A stretch of 28,714 bases of DNA from a virus (lineage: Duplodnaviria > Caudoviricetes), in IMG/VR virus record IMGVR_UViG_3300032225_000633, positions 1 to 28,714 of that record, one strand, 5' to 3'. Below are positions 6,057 through 15,545 of the stretch, in pieces (the stretch's first letter is position 1; each line of letters starts with the position of its first letter). A model generated the notes under the pieces. It was given only the letters and a program-made list of their open reading frames with translations, did not search any database and was not told the DNA's origin. A program made the translations under genes and the position numbers.

Positions 6057-7159
6057 TTCTTCACGTTTCCAATCGCAATAGCCGAGAATGCAGGTGCCAG
6101 GTTCGCGACAACCGCGAGGCTGATGGTCAGCCACACAGGGAAAAGTGCGCCAGCGGCAGCGAAACCAACAGCGGTGTTCGACACGATGAGGCTCGCGAGG
6201 GCGTAACCGAAGTAGGCCCACTTGCGACCTGTCGGAGTCGGGATAATGACGCCGAGATCGGCGGAAGGGATAGCGGCGATTTGTTCCGCCTGGGTCTTGT
6301 TGGGCACGGGTTTCTCACTTTCGGGTTTCGAGGGTTGCGGGACGGGGCGAGTAGGTTTTGCCGGTTTTGTCGGTTCGGGCTTGACGGGCTTGACGGGTTC
6401 AGGCTTGACGGGTTCAGGCTTGACGGGTTCCGGTTTGACAGGTTCGGGCTTCGCCGGTGCGGGTTTCACGAACGTGCCAGCATTGAGTCGAGTCTGCAAG
6501 GCGCGAATAGTTTGCGGGCCGAAGTCGCCGTCTTGAGTAACGCCGAGAAAAGCCTGAAGCGCGCGAGTTGTGCCAGGGCCCCAATCGCCATCCACCGTTG
6601 CACCGACGAGAACCTGCAGCGCGCGAACACTTGCCCGCCCAAAATCGCCGTCTACGGTCACGCCGAGAGCAGACTGTAGCGCGCGGATCGTGTTTCGCCC
6701 AAAGTCACCATCCACGGCGAGAGGCGCCGGACTGCTGCCACTACCTGACGAACCGAGATTCGCCTGAATGAACGCGTATGGGTCAATCTTGTTTCCGAGT
6801 CCGACAAACGCCTGTGGGCTGTCTGACATGGTGATGTGAAGATGAGTTCCACGCGAGTTCGTGCCCGTGTTTCCCGAGACACCAATTTTCGTGCCTTCTT
6901 TGACGCTCTGGCCCACCTTGACGTTGATGCTGGACAGGTGCAAGTATGCGACGTAAATACCGAATCCAGGCAACCAGCAACACACATAGTTTCCGTTGCC
7001 GTCGTTCCAGCCCGCCGACTCGACTACTGCATCCGCGACGCTGTAAACCTCACCGGCGACGGTGTAATCCGAACCTGTGTGCGGGTATTTTCTTCCGCCC
7101 GACATTGAGCCGAACGGATCGGCAGCATCGTAGAAACTTGGGGAAACGGGATGACGCAT
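6053..7159 (-). CDS. Endolysin: M23 peptidase + peptidoglycan-binding repeats + Pro-rich linker + C-terminal holin-like membrane domain
   Basis: HTGSD, YLHLS and HLH M23 motifs; four (V/Q)DGD(F/W)G...ALQ repeats; PEPVK linker; two hydrophobic helices; start ATG 7159 with AGGAGA SD. Confidence 0.88.
   Translation of the reverse strand: MRHPVSPSFYDAADPFGSMSGGRKYPHTGSDYTVAGEVYSVADAVVESAGWNDGNGNYVCCWLPGFGIYVAYLHLSSINVKVGQSVKEGTKIGVSGNTGTNSRGTHLHITMSDSPQAFVGLGNKIDPYAFIQANLGSSGSGSSPAPLAVDGDFGRNTIRALQSALGVTVDGDFGRASVRALQVLVGATVDGDWGPGTTRALQAFLGVTQDGDFGPQTIRALQTRLNAGTFVKPAPAKPEPVKPEPVKPEPVKPEPVKPVKPEPTKPAKPTRPVPQPSKPESEKPVPNKTQAEQIAAIPSADLGVIIPTPTGRKWAYFGYALASLIVSNTAVGFAAAGALFPVWLTISLAVVANLAPAFSAIAIGNVKK
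6370..6452. repeat. 15-bp tandem repeats encoding (KPEPV)n
   Basis: GGCTTGACGGGTTCA-type units repeated in the endolysin linker. Confidence 0.85.
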
Positions 7160-7166
7160 GACTCTC

Positions 7167-7421
7167 CTACTTAGTGACGAACGTGACAAATGAGGCGATA
7201 AAGCCGAGAACCGCGATAGTCGCAAGAATCCAAACGGAAACATGAACGCGCGGTGGCTGGCGTTGCTCTAAGAGAGCCACCTTCGTTTCAATCTCGTTTA
7301 TTCGCTTCCAATGCTGGTCGGAGATTTTCGACAACTCATCTAGTTTTGTCATCATCAAATCCTGTTTCACCGAAAGCCCTTCGAGCTTTACCAGAATATC
7401 GTTAAGAGTGACGTCGGCCAT
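7167..7421 (-). CDS. Coiled-coil protein with C-terminal transmembrane helix (lysis accessory / holin-like)
   Basis: Heptad N-terminus; WILATIAVLGFIASFVTFV; sits between the tail genes and the endolysin. Confidence 0.7.
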   Translation of the reverse strand: MADVTLNDILVKLEGLSVKQDLMMTKLDELSKISDQHWKRINEIETKVALLEQRQPPRVHVSVWILATIAVLGFIASFVTFVTK

Positions 7422-8137
7422 TAGACGCTCGCAGGTCGGAGATATTCAATGGAAACTGTGTGATCCGCACAAGTACGGTTTGCGCCCGTATCTTGGTAAA
7501 GATAGAAACGAAGAACATCACCGGATGCAAGTAACGTAGTTGTCATATCGCCACACCATCCCGATGCGTCCGCTGGGCTAGCTTTACCAGAATAAACGAT
7601 GGTATTAGTTGTCATCGTCGTTGAGTTTTTGTTAATACCGTGGTTTCGCGTTGTGCCCGTTGTTGCTGACCATCCTGCGTGACGAGCCAAAGACGAAAGA
7701 CGATACCATCCATCTTTGCGCACAGTAAAAGTGCTCGGGGCCGTCGCTGAATCAATTTGAATGGTGTCTGTGTTAGACGTTGAGCCGGTGCAAGAAAATG
7801 TGTTGAACGAGACAACGGTATAAGCAGCTGTGGGGATAGAAACGCCCGAAGTGTTGTTGCGCTTGCCCGCAAATAAGACCGTTCCCTCGGCTGGGTACCA
7901 TCCAGCCGTGGCTGCGCCTCCAGGGTTGGTTGAAGAGTTATACGCTTCGTAATATTGCCACGCTGAATTGGAATCAGTCAGATAAGAACGCATCCCTTGA
8001 GAAGGCGAGGCAAGCGCGGCAGTACGCGCGGCAGCCGAAGCAAAGAGCATCACGCTCTGATCCTGCAAATAGCCCTGCACCTGAGCCGCGGTGAGAACCG
8101 CGCCCGCGGCAAAAGCCTTGTAACCGAGTCCGGCCAT
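7421..8137 (-). CDS. Minor tail / receptor-binding protein
   Basis: N-terminus KAFAAGAVLTAAQV..YLQDQSVMLFASAAARTAAL; beta-rich C-terminal domain (FTVRKDGWYRL, LASGDVLRFYLYQDTG); last tail gene. Confidence 0.75.
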   Translation of the reverse strand: MAGLGYKAFAAGAVLTAAQVQGYLQDQSVMLFASAAARTAALASPSQGMRSYLTDSNSAWQYYEAYNSSTNPGGAATAGWYPAEGTVLFAGKRNNTSGVSIPTAAYTVVSFNTFSCTGSTSNTDTIQIDSATAPSTFTVRKDGWYRLSSLARHAGWSATTGTTRNHGINKNSTTMTTNTIVYSGKASPADASGWCGDMTTTLLASGDVLRFYLYQDTGANRTCADHTVSIEYLRPASV

Positions 8138-8147
8138 GAATTACTCC

Positions 8148-9350
8148 TTAGAAGGGACTGACGTAAGCGTCACGAGTATCTTCGCCTGAAATGGCGAACC
8201 TATAGGTACAACTTTCCGGTGTTGCGTCAATATCAATGCCGGTAATGAAGCTTTTTTGCGTAATCGCTGAACCGATGCTGTTGGGCGTCCATTCAACGCT
8301 CACAACGTTCCCAATATCGAGAGAGAAGAAGCCGAACAGCCCATTGAGCAACGGGCCCGCAAAAGACTTTATGACCGGATTATCAGCGGAGACTTCGAGT
8401 TGTGAGATTCGGTACTTCGGGTTCGCATAATTGGTTATATAGAAGTTCCCGAGCGTAGTCATTTCGCCCACGCTGGATACGAGCGAAGGATACGATTCTG
8501 AGGCGATTCGGTACGTCTGCTGCGAGGTCGTATCTTGCACGGTAACCGTTCCAGCGCCACCCGAGACTGTGGCGTTGTTCACCAATTCTTCGGTGCCATA
8601 GAGAACCTCTAGCGCGTTGATTGGTAGGGCCGTTCCGGGCGTGGTCGAAAATGATGCGTCGGGACTTCCATAACTCGACGCGATCGCAAGATAGTTCCAT
8701 GTCGAGAACGTAACTTCGCCATAACTATTGATGAAAAGATAAGCCGCCTCAGAATCCGAAACCGATTGCATATAGTCCAGGGCGTTCCCGTTATAGGTCG
8801 CGGTCCCAATTTGAAAAGTCCCAAAACCAATTTGCGTCTTATCGCTAGGCCATTGCACTGATGACGCATTGAGGACGCGCGTAATGCGAACACTCGACGT
8901 TTCCGCCGTGAGTCCGGTTAGATTCACGTTCTGATTAGCGAGAATCGTAAACGCGTCCGAACATTGAGCCGTCGAAGTCGAATCGCCCGAAACGTCGTAG
9001 GACATGTTCCAATCGTCAATCCAGCCCGTGAATTGTGGCACGACTGCGCCCGGGGCACTTGCGTCGCCCATTGAGAAGATAATGCGCCTACGCGGAACAA
9101 TCGAGCCGTTATAGGGAGAGCTTGTGTACTTCGGATCAAAGGCGCGAGAGCGATTGTCGAAAACGACGGTCATTTGCCCGGCGGTAAACTTGCCTTGCAG
9201 CGTCGATTTTCCGCGACGTGTCGAGACTGAGCGAACATACTGCGTCACGTCTTGGAGAAGATAACCGAGTGTTCCCGTGTCGAGTTTGTCTGTATCAAGA
9301 ATGAAACCCGTGTTTGTTTCAAGCTCTACTTTGTATGTGTACTGCGCCAT
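8148..9350 (-). CDS. Minor tail protein (tail tip/hub)
   Basis: Follows the tape measure gene; DVTQYVRSVSTRRGK...FTAGQMTVVFDNRSRAFDP...FTGWIDDW. Confidence 0.8.
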   Translation of the reverse strand: MAQYTYKVELETNTGFILDTDKLDTGTLGYLLQDVTQYVRSVSTRRGKSTLQGKFTAGQMTVVFDNRSRAFDPKYTSSPYNGSIVPRRRIIFSMGDASAPGAVVPQFTGWIDDWNMSYDVSGDSTSTAQCSDAFTILANQNVNLTGLTAETSSVRITRVLNASSVQWPSDKTQIGFGTFQIGTATYNGNALDYMQSVSDSEAAYLFINSYGEVTFSTWNYLAIASSYGSPDASFSTTPGTALPINALEVLYGTEELVNNATVSGGAGTVTVQDTTSQQTYRIASESYPSLVSSVGEMTTLGNFYITNYANPKYRISQLEVSADNPVIKSFAGPLLNGLFGFFSLDIGNVVSVEWTPNSIGSAITQKSFITGIDIDATPESCTYRFAISGEDTRDAYVSPF

Positions 9351-10855
9351 TACGCCCCCACGAACACAGGGCCTGAAACGCGCTCATACTTCTTGATAGC
9401 ATCCACGACAGCGCGCCCAATATCTGCCGACGTAGAAAGCCCGCCGTTCACTACGACGTTGTATGTTATGCCGCCTCCACCGCCGCCCATGATCGTGCCG
9501 AGTTTGTCGAGTGGGATAACCGCTTCAGCCTGACCTGCCTCACCGATAGTGGCCATCGTTCCGCCAGGGCGAGGCATGACGATTCCACCCGTGGCAAGTT
9601 TGAGTCCGCCCGAACCAACAGACATGCTCACGCGCGAAAGAGGCTTAGAGGACGTAATGCCAAAGAGTTCGTTCCAGTTGTCAATGAGGTGCCGAACGCC
9701 GTCAGCCGTGACATAGATAAGCTGTTTCAAAACACCGAGTGGGCCCATGAACATGTTGATGTTCGGCTTCCCCTCCTCCATGAGTTTGTATTGATCTCGC
9801 CACCAGCCGTTAATGTTCTTTATGGCGTCACCGACAAAAGACAACACATCGCCCACAGTTTTCATCATGTCCTTGAAGCCTGAACCCTTCGAGGAACCTT
9901 CCTTGAACATATCCGCAATGTCTTTTATGAAGTGGGCTACGCCCGGCGCGACTGCGACAATGCCCGGCAGAATCTCCTTCATAAGAGACATCATCGACGG
10001 GAGAAGTTCCTTTATGGACGGGAGAATATCGACAAACGCTTTACCTAAGTCGACAAGAAACTTTTGGAATGTCGGGTCAGCAACCATCTCGGCAAGTGCA
10101 TCACGAATAAGTGGCACCACCTTTTCAAGTGCGGGCATAAGAGCATTACCGACAATTTCTTGAAAGTTTCCCCACATAACGGTCAGACGATCAAGGGCAG
10201 AAGCCGCCTTAGGCCCCATGCCCGCATATTTTGCGTCGAGCTGGTCGATTAGATACGCCTGTGCTTCGATTTCTTGCCCATTGTCTAGAAGGGCCTGATA
10301 CGTCTTTTGTTGTTCGTCAGTAAACACGATGCCTTGACGCGTAAGTTTCGACATAGCGGTTTCGGAATCGCCCGAGATCTTGATAAAGGCGAGTCCGATT
10401 GTTTCAACGTCTTTACCCGTTCCCGCTGCTACGTTCGTCGCGACCTCCGCTAGATGTTCAATGCCCTTCGTGCCAAGTGCTGCGAGAGTTGGCACAGCCA
10501 TCCAAGTTTTTTCAATAGAGAGCAAAACCTCATCGTCAATGCCGACAAGTTCGCCCAAAGTCTGCGCATGATCCTTCAGCGCGCCGGTAGCCTTCTGAAT
10601 GTCCTTATCGGTGTTACCGAATACGCCCGCATTCTTTGCCGCCTGATCGAGAGCCTTCCCAACTTTCCAAGACTCATCGGCGGCGCGAAGTGATGACGCA
10701 GCGAACACACCAGCGGCGATACCGCCCGCAACAAATGCACCGGCGAGCAACGTGCCAGCATTGCGCGCAAAACCGCCGAGACGGTCAAGCCCTGTCTGAG
10801 CATCACGAATACCGCTTGGGTCAAACTTAGAAACGATGGGAAGGCGTAAAGGCAT
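9350..10855 (-). CDS. Tape measure protein (501 aa)
   Basis: Ala/Gly-rich and helical; C-terminal LATGGIV...TMATIGEAGQAEAVIPL motif; position after the chaperone genes. Confidence 0.9.
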   Translation of the reverse strand: MPLRLPIVSKFDPSGIRDAQTGLDRLGGFARNAGTLLAGAFVAGGIAAGVFAASSLRAADESWKVGKALDQAAKNAGVFGNTDKDIQKATGALKDHAQTLGELVGIDDEVLLSIEKTWMAVPTLAALGTKGIEHLAEVATNVAAGTGKDVETIGLAFIKISGDSETAMSKLTRQGIVFTDEQQKTYQALLDNGQEIEAQAYLIDQLDAKYAGMGPKAASALDRLTVMWGNFQEIVGNALMPALEKVVPLIRDALAEMVADPTFQKFLVDLGKAFVDILPSIKELLPSMMSLMKEILPGIVAVAPGVAHFIKDIADMFKEGSSKGSGFKDMMKTVGDVLSFVGDAIKNINGWWRDQYKLMEEGKPNINMFMGPLGVLKQLIYVTADGVRHLIDNWNELFGITSSKPLSRVSMSVGSGGLKLATGGIVMPRPGGTMATIGEAGQAEAVIPLDKLGTIMGGGGGGITYNVVVNGGLSTSADIGRAVVDAIKKYERVSGPVFVGA

Positions 10856-11394
10856 TAGACGTTCTCCAATTCAACGCTCACGCGGTCAGTCCACTTCTCG
10901 ACCAAAGTCTCAGCCAAGCGGTAGATGGTTGCCTTGAAAGGCATAAAGGCACGGTACACATAGCGTCCACCCTTATCCCATCCCGGCACACGGAGATTTA
11001 ACATTCCGACGAACCACGGGCCACGCGCATCCGTAGGGGAACCGTTCGAGTTCTTAGAGCCAGCAAACTCAGCAATGTACATACCGCGAGACGCACGGCC
11101 CGCATCCACGTTGATTGTTACCAGGTCACCCCATCCAAACCGCGACCTGCCGGGACGGGTTGAAACTGTGGCCTTCACGTTGCCCCACTTTGTATTGCCA
11201 TTATGGTTTGTCATGCCAGACAATGGCGCGCCGTTTTGGTTAGCTGTTGCCGCAATATCGCGTGCTGTGCCGCCAATACCTGACCGCATACTGCGCCCAA
11301 GATCATTCAGCAATTCTTTATCGACGCTGCGAAGAATGCGAGCGACTTTTGCCATGTCGCGCGCGTCTACTTCTGCTCGAAACGAAACTGCCAT
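10855..11394 (-). CDS. Putative HK97 gp10-like neck/tail completion protein
   Basis: Basic protein with YIAEFAG and GRYVYRAF motifs, located in the tail module. Confidence 0.55.
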   Translation of the reverse strand: MAVSFRAEVDARDMAKVARILRSVDKELLNDLGRSMRSGIGGTARDIAATANQNGAPLSGMTNHNGNTKWGNVKATVSTRPGRSRFGWGDLVTINVDAGRASRGMYIAEFAGSKNSNGSPTDARGPWFVGMLNLRVPGWDKGGRYVYRAFMPFKATIYRLAETLVEKWTDRVSVELENV

Positions 11395-11403
11395 GACTCA
11401 AGT

Positions 11404-11574
11404 CTACTGACCACCCGCATTTCGGGCACGAGACACAGCGACTAGGTAGCGTTGCATAGTCCACAACATCCGCGGCTCAAGTTGCATGAGTTCACGCGGT
11501 GAAAGGTGATATTCGTGAGCGAGTTGGGCCATCATCCAATGAAGCGAATAACCGCCCAACGGTTCTATTTTTTT
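11404..11574 (-). CDS. Tail assembly chaperone -1 frameshift extension (GT)
   Basis: Slippery A AAA AAA at 11568-11574; -1 frame reads IEPLGGYSLHWMMAQLAHEYHLSPRELMQLEPRMLWTMQRYL... to TAG at 11404. Confidence 0.85.
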   Translation of the reverse strand, partial: KKIEPLGGYSLHWMMAQLAHEYHLSPRELMQLEPRMLWTMQRYLVAVSRARNAGGQ

Positions 11575-11813
11575 GCGTCGCCCTCACGCACAATCTGGAT
11601 GCTCTCGACCCATGCCTCGAAGTCGAGTTCAGTAGCCTTCGTGCGTTTCTCGACTGAGTAAGCCAGGAAGAAAAGGTGCGTGAGTTTGGGCGTAGCCAAA
11701 CCTGCAATGCTCATATCAAAGTGCGCCTCGAAGCGCATCAAATCGACAGCGAGCGCGCTAACGGTTTTCGTGGTGCCGTCAGCGTAGACGATTTCAAGTT
11801 GAATAGGATCCAT
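11565..11813 (-). CDS. Tail assembly chaperone (G)
   Basis: Follows the major tail gene; ends GCA AAA AAA TAG. Confidence 0.85.
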   Translation of the reverse strand: MDPIQLEIVYADGTTKTVSALAVDLMRFEAHFDMSIAGLATPKLTHLFFLAYSVEKRTKATELDFEAWVESIQIVREGDAKK

Positions 11814-11829
11814 GACCCTACTCTAATAC

Positions 11830-12237
11830 TTAGACGGTGCCTCGGGTGAATGCGCCAGCGGCAGCCCACGTTGTGGAGAATGTCAGCAAGTCGCCAACAC
11901 TTCCCGCGACGGGCGAGTAACCGCTGAGAACAACGGGGCACGTCCAGCGAGGGTTCGTTGCACTTGCGGCGGTCCCGTTCGGGATGATGACAACCGTGCC
12001 CACGGCACCCCATGCGCTTGAGAGCGTGGCATCAACCGAGGCGGCGAAGTCTTGGTGCCAGTCGAGCTTCACGGAACCATCCTTCAGGCCCGCGACGCGC
12101 GAACGCCATCCAGCAGTGCCGAAAGCAGTTGTTTCAATCTCATCCGCGCTCTGGTCAATTGTGACCGCGCCAATGTGATCCGAAAAATCGGTACCGTTCA
12201 CGGTCACATATGCGTTCGTGAAAACGAGTTTAGCCAT
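11830..12237 (-). CDS. Major tail (tube) protein
   Basis: VTVNGTDFSDH...IETTAFG...RVAGLKDGSV...PVAGSVGDLLT; GGAGA SD; position. Confidence 0.85.
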   Translation of the reverse strand: MAKLVFTNAYVTVNGTDFSDHIGAVTIDQSADEIETTAFGTAGWRSRVAGLKDGSVKLDWHQDFAASVDATLSSAWGAVGTVVIIPNGTAASATNPRWTCPVVLSGYSPVAGSVGDLLTFSTTWAAAGAFTRGTV

Positions 12238-12248
12238 TTTGTTTTCTC

Positions 12249-12650
12249 CTAGTTTCCGTAAACGGTTACAGTAAAGTCGGCTGCCAAATAATTGACTTCT
12301 CCAATGGTAAGGCTACCAACGCTCGACATAGCCTCAACACGCACGTCATAGCAAGAACCGCCTAAAGTCTTGTCAGACTCAATAGCATTCTTAATCGCGC
12401 CTGCACCAGGTGAAATGTATCCGTCAAGAATGCTCTGTGCAGTTCGCTCACTCATCCGACCCGCAAGAACCGTAAGCATGAACGTATATGTCGTGAGACC
12501 GCCGCGCAACGCACCATCATAAGCAACAGACTGCAAACTAATGACTGCTTGTGGTGGGTTCACTTGCTCGGGCAAACTCGTGGCAATACGCAAGCCTGAA
12601 AGCGTCGCAAGATTTGTGCCTAACCCTGCACGGATCGTCGCAATACTCAC
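12249..12650 (-). CDS. Tail terminator protein
   Basis: IRAGLGTNLATLSGL...AIESDKTLGG...ADFTVTVY; directly upstream of the tail tube gene. Confidence 0.75.
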   Translation of the reverse strand: MSIATIRAGLGTNLATLSGLRIATSLPEQVNPPQAVISLQSVAYDGALRGGLTTYTFMLTVLAGRMSERTAQSILDGYISPGAGAIKNAIESDKTLGGSCYDVRVEAMSSVGSLTIGEVNYLAADFTVTVYGN

Positions 12651-13252
12651 GCGTAAGTCACCTTCATATAAGACGCAAGAAGTGCCTGCACGTCGGAGTC
12701 AACCCGGCTGACTCGAATCGCCCCGAGATCGCCCATGCCCGCAATACCCAATGGGCTGTCATATCGTTTGAAAAGACGAAGTGACATCAAAATACAGGCC
12801 ATGCGCACATCCATAGGGATAGCTGACCAGCCAAAAACTCCAACAACCTGAACCGTATTCGGATGAAGCATTGGCACGACGTAGTTACCGTATGGGAACA
12901 CGTTGTTACCCACGGCCCGAATCCGCGTGAAAGGCTGAGCCAAACCGCCCACGATTCCGTTCGTTGGTTCGAGCTGGTAGTCACTCGCGCCCCATGTCGT
13001 ATCCCATGAATTGTCAGTAGACGTTTTCAAGCTGGTGATAGACACGAGGTCATCAATCTGCACAACGTAAGAGTTATCTGGCACGAACGTACGAGTAGCC
13101 GTCGTGGAATAGAACACACGCTGGCAGTATGAATCAATCTCGCGTGAGGCGGCTTCAATGGCAATTTCTAAAAGCGCATCGTCAGTTGTGTCTGAAATGT
13201 GCAGGGCTTGTTTCACCTGATAAAGAGTGCAGTACCCGTTTGTTATTGCCAT
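12647..13252 (-). CDS. Head-tail adaptor (gp6/gp15-like)
   Basis: YCTLYQVK...DDALLEIAIEAASREIDSYC...GWSAIPMDVRMAC. Confidence 0.85.
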   Translation of the reverse strand: MAITNGYCTLYQVKQALHISDTTDDALLEIAIEAASREIDSYCQRVFYSTTATRTFVPDNSYVVQIDDLVSITSLKTSTDNSWDTTWGASDYQLEPTNGIVGGLAQPFTRIRAVGNNVFPYGNYVVPMLHPNTVQVVGVFGWSAIPMDVRMACILMSLRLFKRYDSPLGIAGMGDLGAIRVSRVDSDVQALLASYMKVTYA

Positions 13253-13256
13253 GCTG

Positions 13257-13679
13257 CTATTTTAGCCGTGCTCGTATCGCCGTCGACGAGACACCCACCG
13301 TATAAGGAAGAAAAACTAGGGCGATGTTGCGTTTCTCCAGATACTCGCGCGTCACGTTTATTTGCTTCAAATAATCACGCCCCATCCAATCGGAACCGAT
13401 AACGAGCAAGTCCGGCATGACCTCATCAATGAGAGGTTTACAATCTTCATTCCCTTTGTTTATGAGAACATCATCCACCCATCGAACGGCCCGCAACATT
13501 TCCAGACGTTCGACGAGCGTCATCACGGGATATTTACCTTTGTAGCGTTTTATGAAGTCATCGGTGTTCACGCCAACAGAAACGTGCGCCCGTGCGCCGC
13601 CGAGTTCCACGCACCGTTCGAGTAATGCAACGTGTCCAGGGTGCAAAAGGTCGAACGTGCCGATAGTCAAAACTTTCAT
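13257..13679 (-). CDS. Cytidylyltransferase (TagD/RfaE domain II family)
   Basis: GTFDLLHPGH (HxGH), VGVNTDDF, ERLEML, GSDW, YTVGVSST; start ATG 13679 (ATGA overlap). Confidence 0.9.
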   Translation of the reverse strand: MKVLTIGTFDLLHPGHVALLERCVELGGARAHVSVGVNTDDFIKRYKGKYPVMTLVERLEMLRAVRWVDDVLINKGNEDCKPLIDEVMPDLLVIGSDWMGRDYLKQINVTREYLEKRNIALVFLPYTVGVSSTAIRARLK

Positions 13680-14395
13680 GGCCTTATTCTGTACCATTCT
13701 GACGGGAAATTGCCGTCTTGCGCCCATTTGGGCAACGCAGACAAATCCTCATATTCGGTGAACCAATCGCCCGCAAGATCATGCCCATGAGTCCAGCAAT
13801 GAGCCAATTCCGCGTCTAAGTTGTCGGTGACAAGTTCCGTATGAGCAAAACCGCGCACTTTATTTATGAGATAGTCGAGACTTCCCATCGACGTGAAGTG
13901 CCATCCGCCCTCAACAATCGGCAGCGTTTGACGCGACCAGCGCATCGAGTTCACCGACTGACCGCGAAAGTCTGACCAGCGACCCATGACGCCCGTGAGT
14001 TCCATCTTGTGAAACCAGCGGAGGCTCATATGATACTTAGGCATATTCCAGGCGCACAATGATTCTTCCCACCTGTTGGGCCATTCGTCCATGTCGAAAA
14101 GCCCCACGAGGTCATCATCTGCAAGATTCAGCGATTCAAGAACGACGCCTACCTGATCGCGCTGCCAATGGTCACAGCCCCATGCATCGAGCGCGGGCAT
14201 GATTACCTGAACGTATTTGATACGGTCATGGAACGCCGCGAACCGTTCCCAATTCTCCGCGAGCGTGTAGGGCTTCGATGTTCCCGTGAATGTTTTGTCA
14301 GCCTCGACAATCACCCACAAATCCGCGTCCACCGTGTTGAGACGGCCCTCCAAAATGTCGAGTTCGCCGCCAAATATTAGCCCCTCGACTTTCAT
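13676..14395 (-). CDS. Glycosyltransferase, GT17-like (beta-1,4-GlcNAc transferase family)
   Basis: ELDILEGRL...VIVEADKTFTGTSKP...QRD...DMDE...GWHFTSMG...KVRGFAHTE; start ATG 14395. Confidence 0.8.
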   Translation of the reverse strand: MKVEGLIFGGELDILEGRLNTVDADLWVIVEADKTFTGTSKPYTLAENWERFAAFHDRIKYVQVIMPALDAWGCDHWQRDQVGVVLESLNLADDDLVGLFDMDEWPNRWEESLCAWNMPKYHMSLRWFHKMELTGVMGRWSDFRGQSVNSMRWSRQTLPIVEGGWHFTSMGSLDYLINKVRGFAHTELVTDNLDAELAHCWTHGHDLAGDWFTEYEDLSALPKWAQDGNFPSEWYRIRP

Positions 14396-14910
14396 TGCCA
14401 AGTGCCCTTCCATTTGCGGAAGTATTGATTTTCAAGAACGAGATTCATGCGCCCAAACTTCTCACCCATGTGCCCGTCAGCGTCGGTCAGATCGGGAAAG
14501 AGAACCGGAACGCTACCCGCTTTGTCGGCATAGTCGCGTGTCCACATAATCTCATTCGCGATACTGCCCATTTTGGAATCCACCAAAGGCCAGCCCACAA
14601 GTTTGTCGAGCACTTTACGCTCATATACGCCCATATAAGAGCCGTACACGCTTGGGTCGCCTAAGAGTGCCACAGAGCCGGGGAACTCGTCTAAACGCCC
14701 CCAGAAGCCCTTAGAGAGCACTTCGGCTGAGTCTTGAAGGAACAAGAAGCGTTCTAGCGTCGTATTTCGGTAAACCCACTCGATTTTGCCAAGTTCAAAA
14801 CCGCGTTCGAGCGAAACGACAAGAACATCACGGCCCGTAAGACTCTGGAGACATTGCGTTAGCCATTGTTCGCGCCCCGGCGTAGTAGCAACAACCGTTG
14901 TCAATCCCAT
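14392..14910 (-). CDS. Putative GT-A fold glycosyltransferase
   Basis: VVATTPGREQWLTQCLQSL N-terminus; FLFLQDS at the DxD-equivalent position; inside the GT cluster. Confidence 0.55.
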   Translation of the reverse strand: MGLTTVVATTPGREQWLTQCLQSLTGRDVLVVSLERGFELGKIEWVYRNTTLERFLFLQDSAEVLSKGFWGRLDEFPGSVALLGDPSVYGSYMGVYERKVLDKLVGWPLVDSKMGSIANEIMWTRDYADKAGSVPVLFPDLTDADGHMGEKFGRMNLVLENQYFRKWKGTWQ

Positions 14911-15545
14911 GAGAGATCACGACGTGTAGCCAAGTCCCATTCGCCGCCGGTCAGAATCTCCGCTGTTGCTCGGGCTTCATAGGTTTCCTGGTTCGCCTTG
15001 AACGTCTTATAGTTCAGAATGTCGAAACCAGATTCAAGTGTCGCAGAGTTGTCGTGGTGAACCTTTGCCGGGATGTTTTCGAGTTCCACGTCGTGAGCAC
15101 TTGCGCGGCGTTCGTAATCGTTGTCCTCGAAGTACGCTGGGTGCATGAGTTCGGTGAATAGCCCGACCTTTTGCACGACATCCTCACCGAGAGCGAATGC
15201 CGCCCACTTCGGTTGCACATCCATGAATTGCAACGCATCGGAACGCAAAGAGCCAGCCATTGTTTCGAGCGCGCCCGCCTCAAACATCACGTCATCGTTC
15301 ACAATCAGCCAGGAGGGTGCGAACGGCGAGCACTTGATAATCAAATTCCACGATCCAGCCACGCCAAGATTCTGTGGCAACTGAATGTGATAAATACGCT
15401 GGACGTTTTCGGGTTTCGTCGGTTCCCATCCGTCAGGCTTGTTATCAATAATCATCAAATCTTGCACCGGGTAATCAATGCTCGCCAGCATCCGGTCACA
15501 CAGGTCATGGCGCGTCAGAGTAGGAACGCCGAGAAGGGGAATCAT
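14901..15545 (-). CDS. Glycosyltransferase, GT2-like
   Basis: IIDN, NLGVAGSWN, LIVNDD, VGLF..PAYFEDNDY, HHDNS; start ATG 15545. Confidence 0.85.
   Translation of the reverse strand: MIPLLGVPTLTRHDLCDRMLASIDYPVQDLMIIDNKPDGWEPTKPENVQRIYHIQLPQNLGVAGSWNLIIKCSPFAPSWLIVNDDVMFEAGALETMAGSLRSDALQFMDVQPKWAAFALGEDVVQKVGLFTELMHPAYFEDNDYERRASAHDVELENIPAKVHHDNSATLESGFDILNYKTFKANQETYEARATAEILTGGEWDLATRRDLSWD

Noticed and set aside
5976-6221. 81-aa ORF overlapping the endolysin 3' end
   Set aside because: Only the last 26 codons (from GTG 6056) look genuine; the rest is an off-frame overlap.
6370-6452. Tandem repeats as a CRISPR array or DGR element
   Set aside because: No spacers; in-frame 15-bp units encoding a Pro-rich linker; no cas or reverse transcriptase gene.
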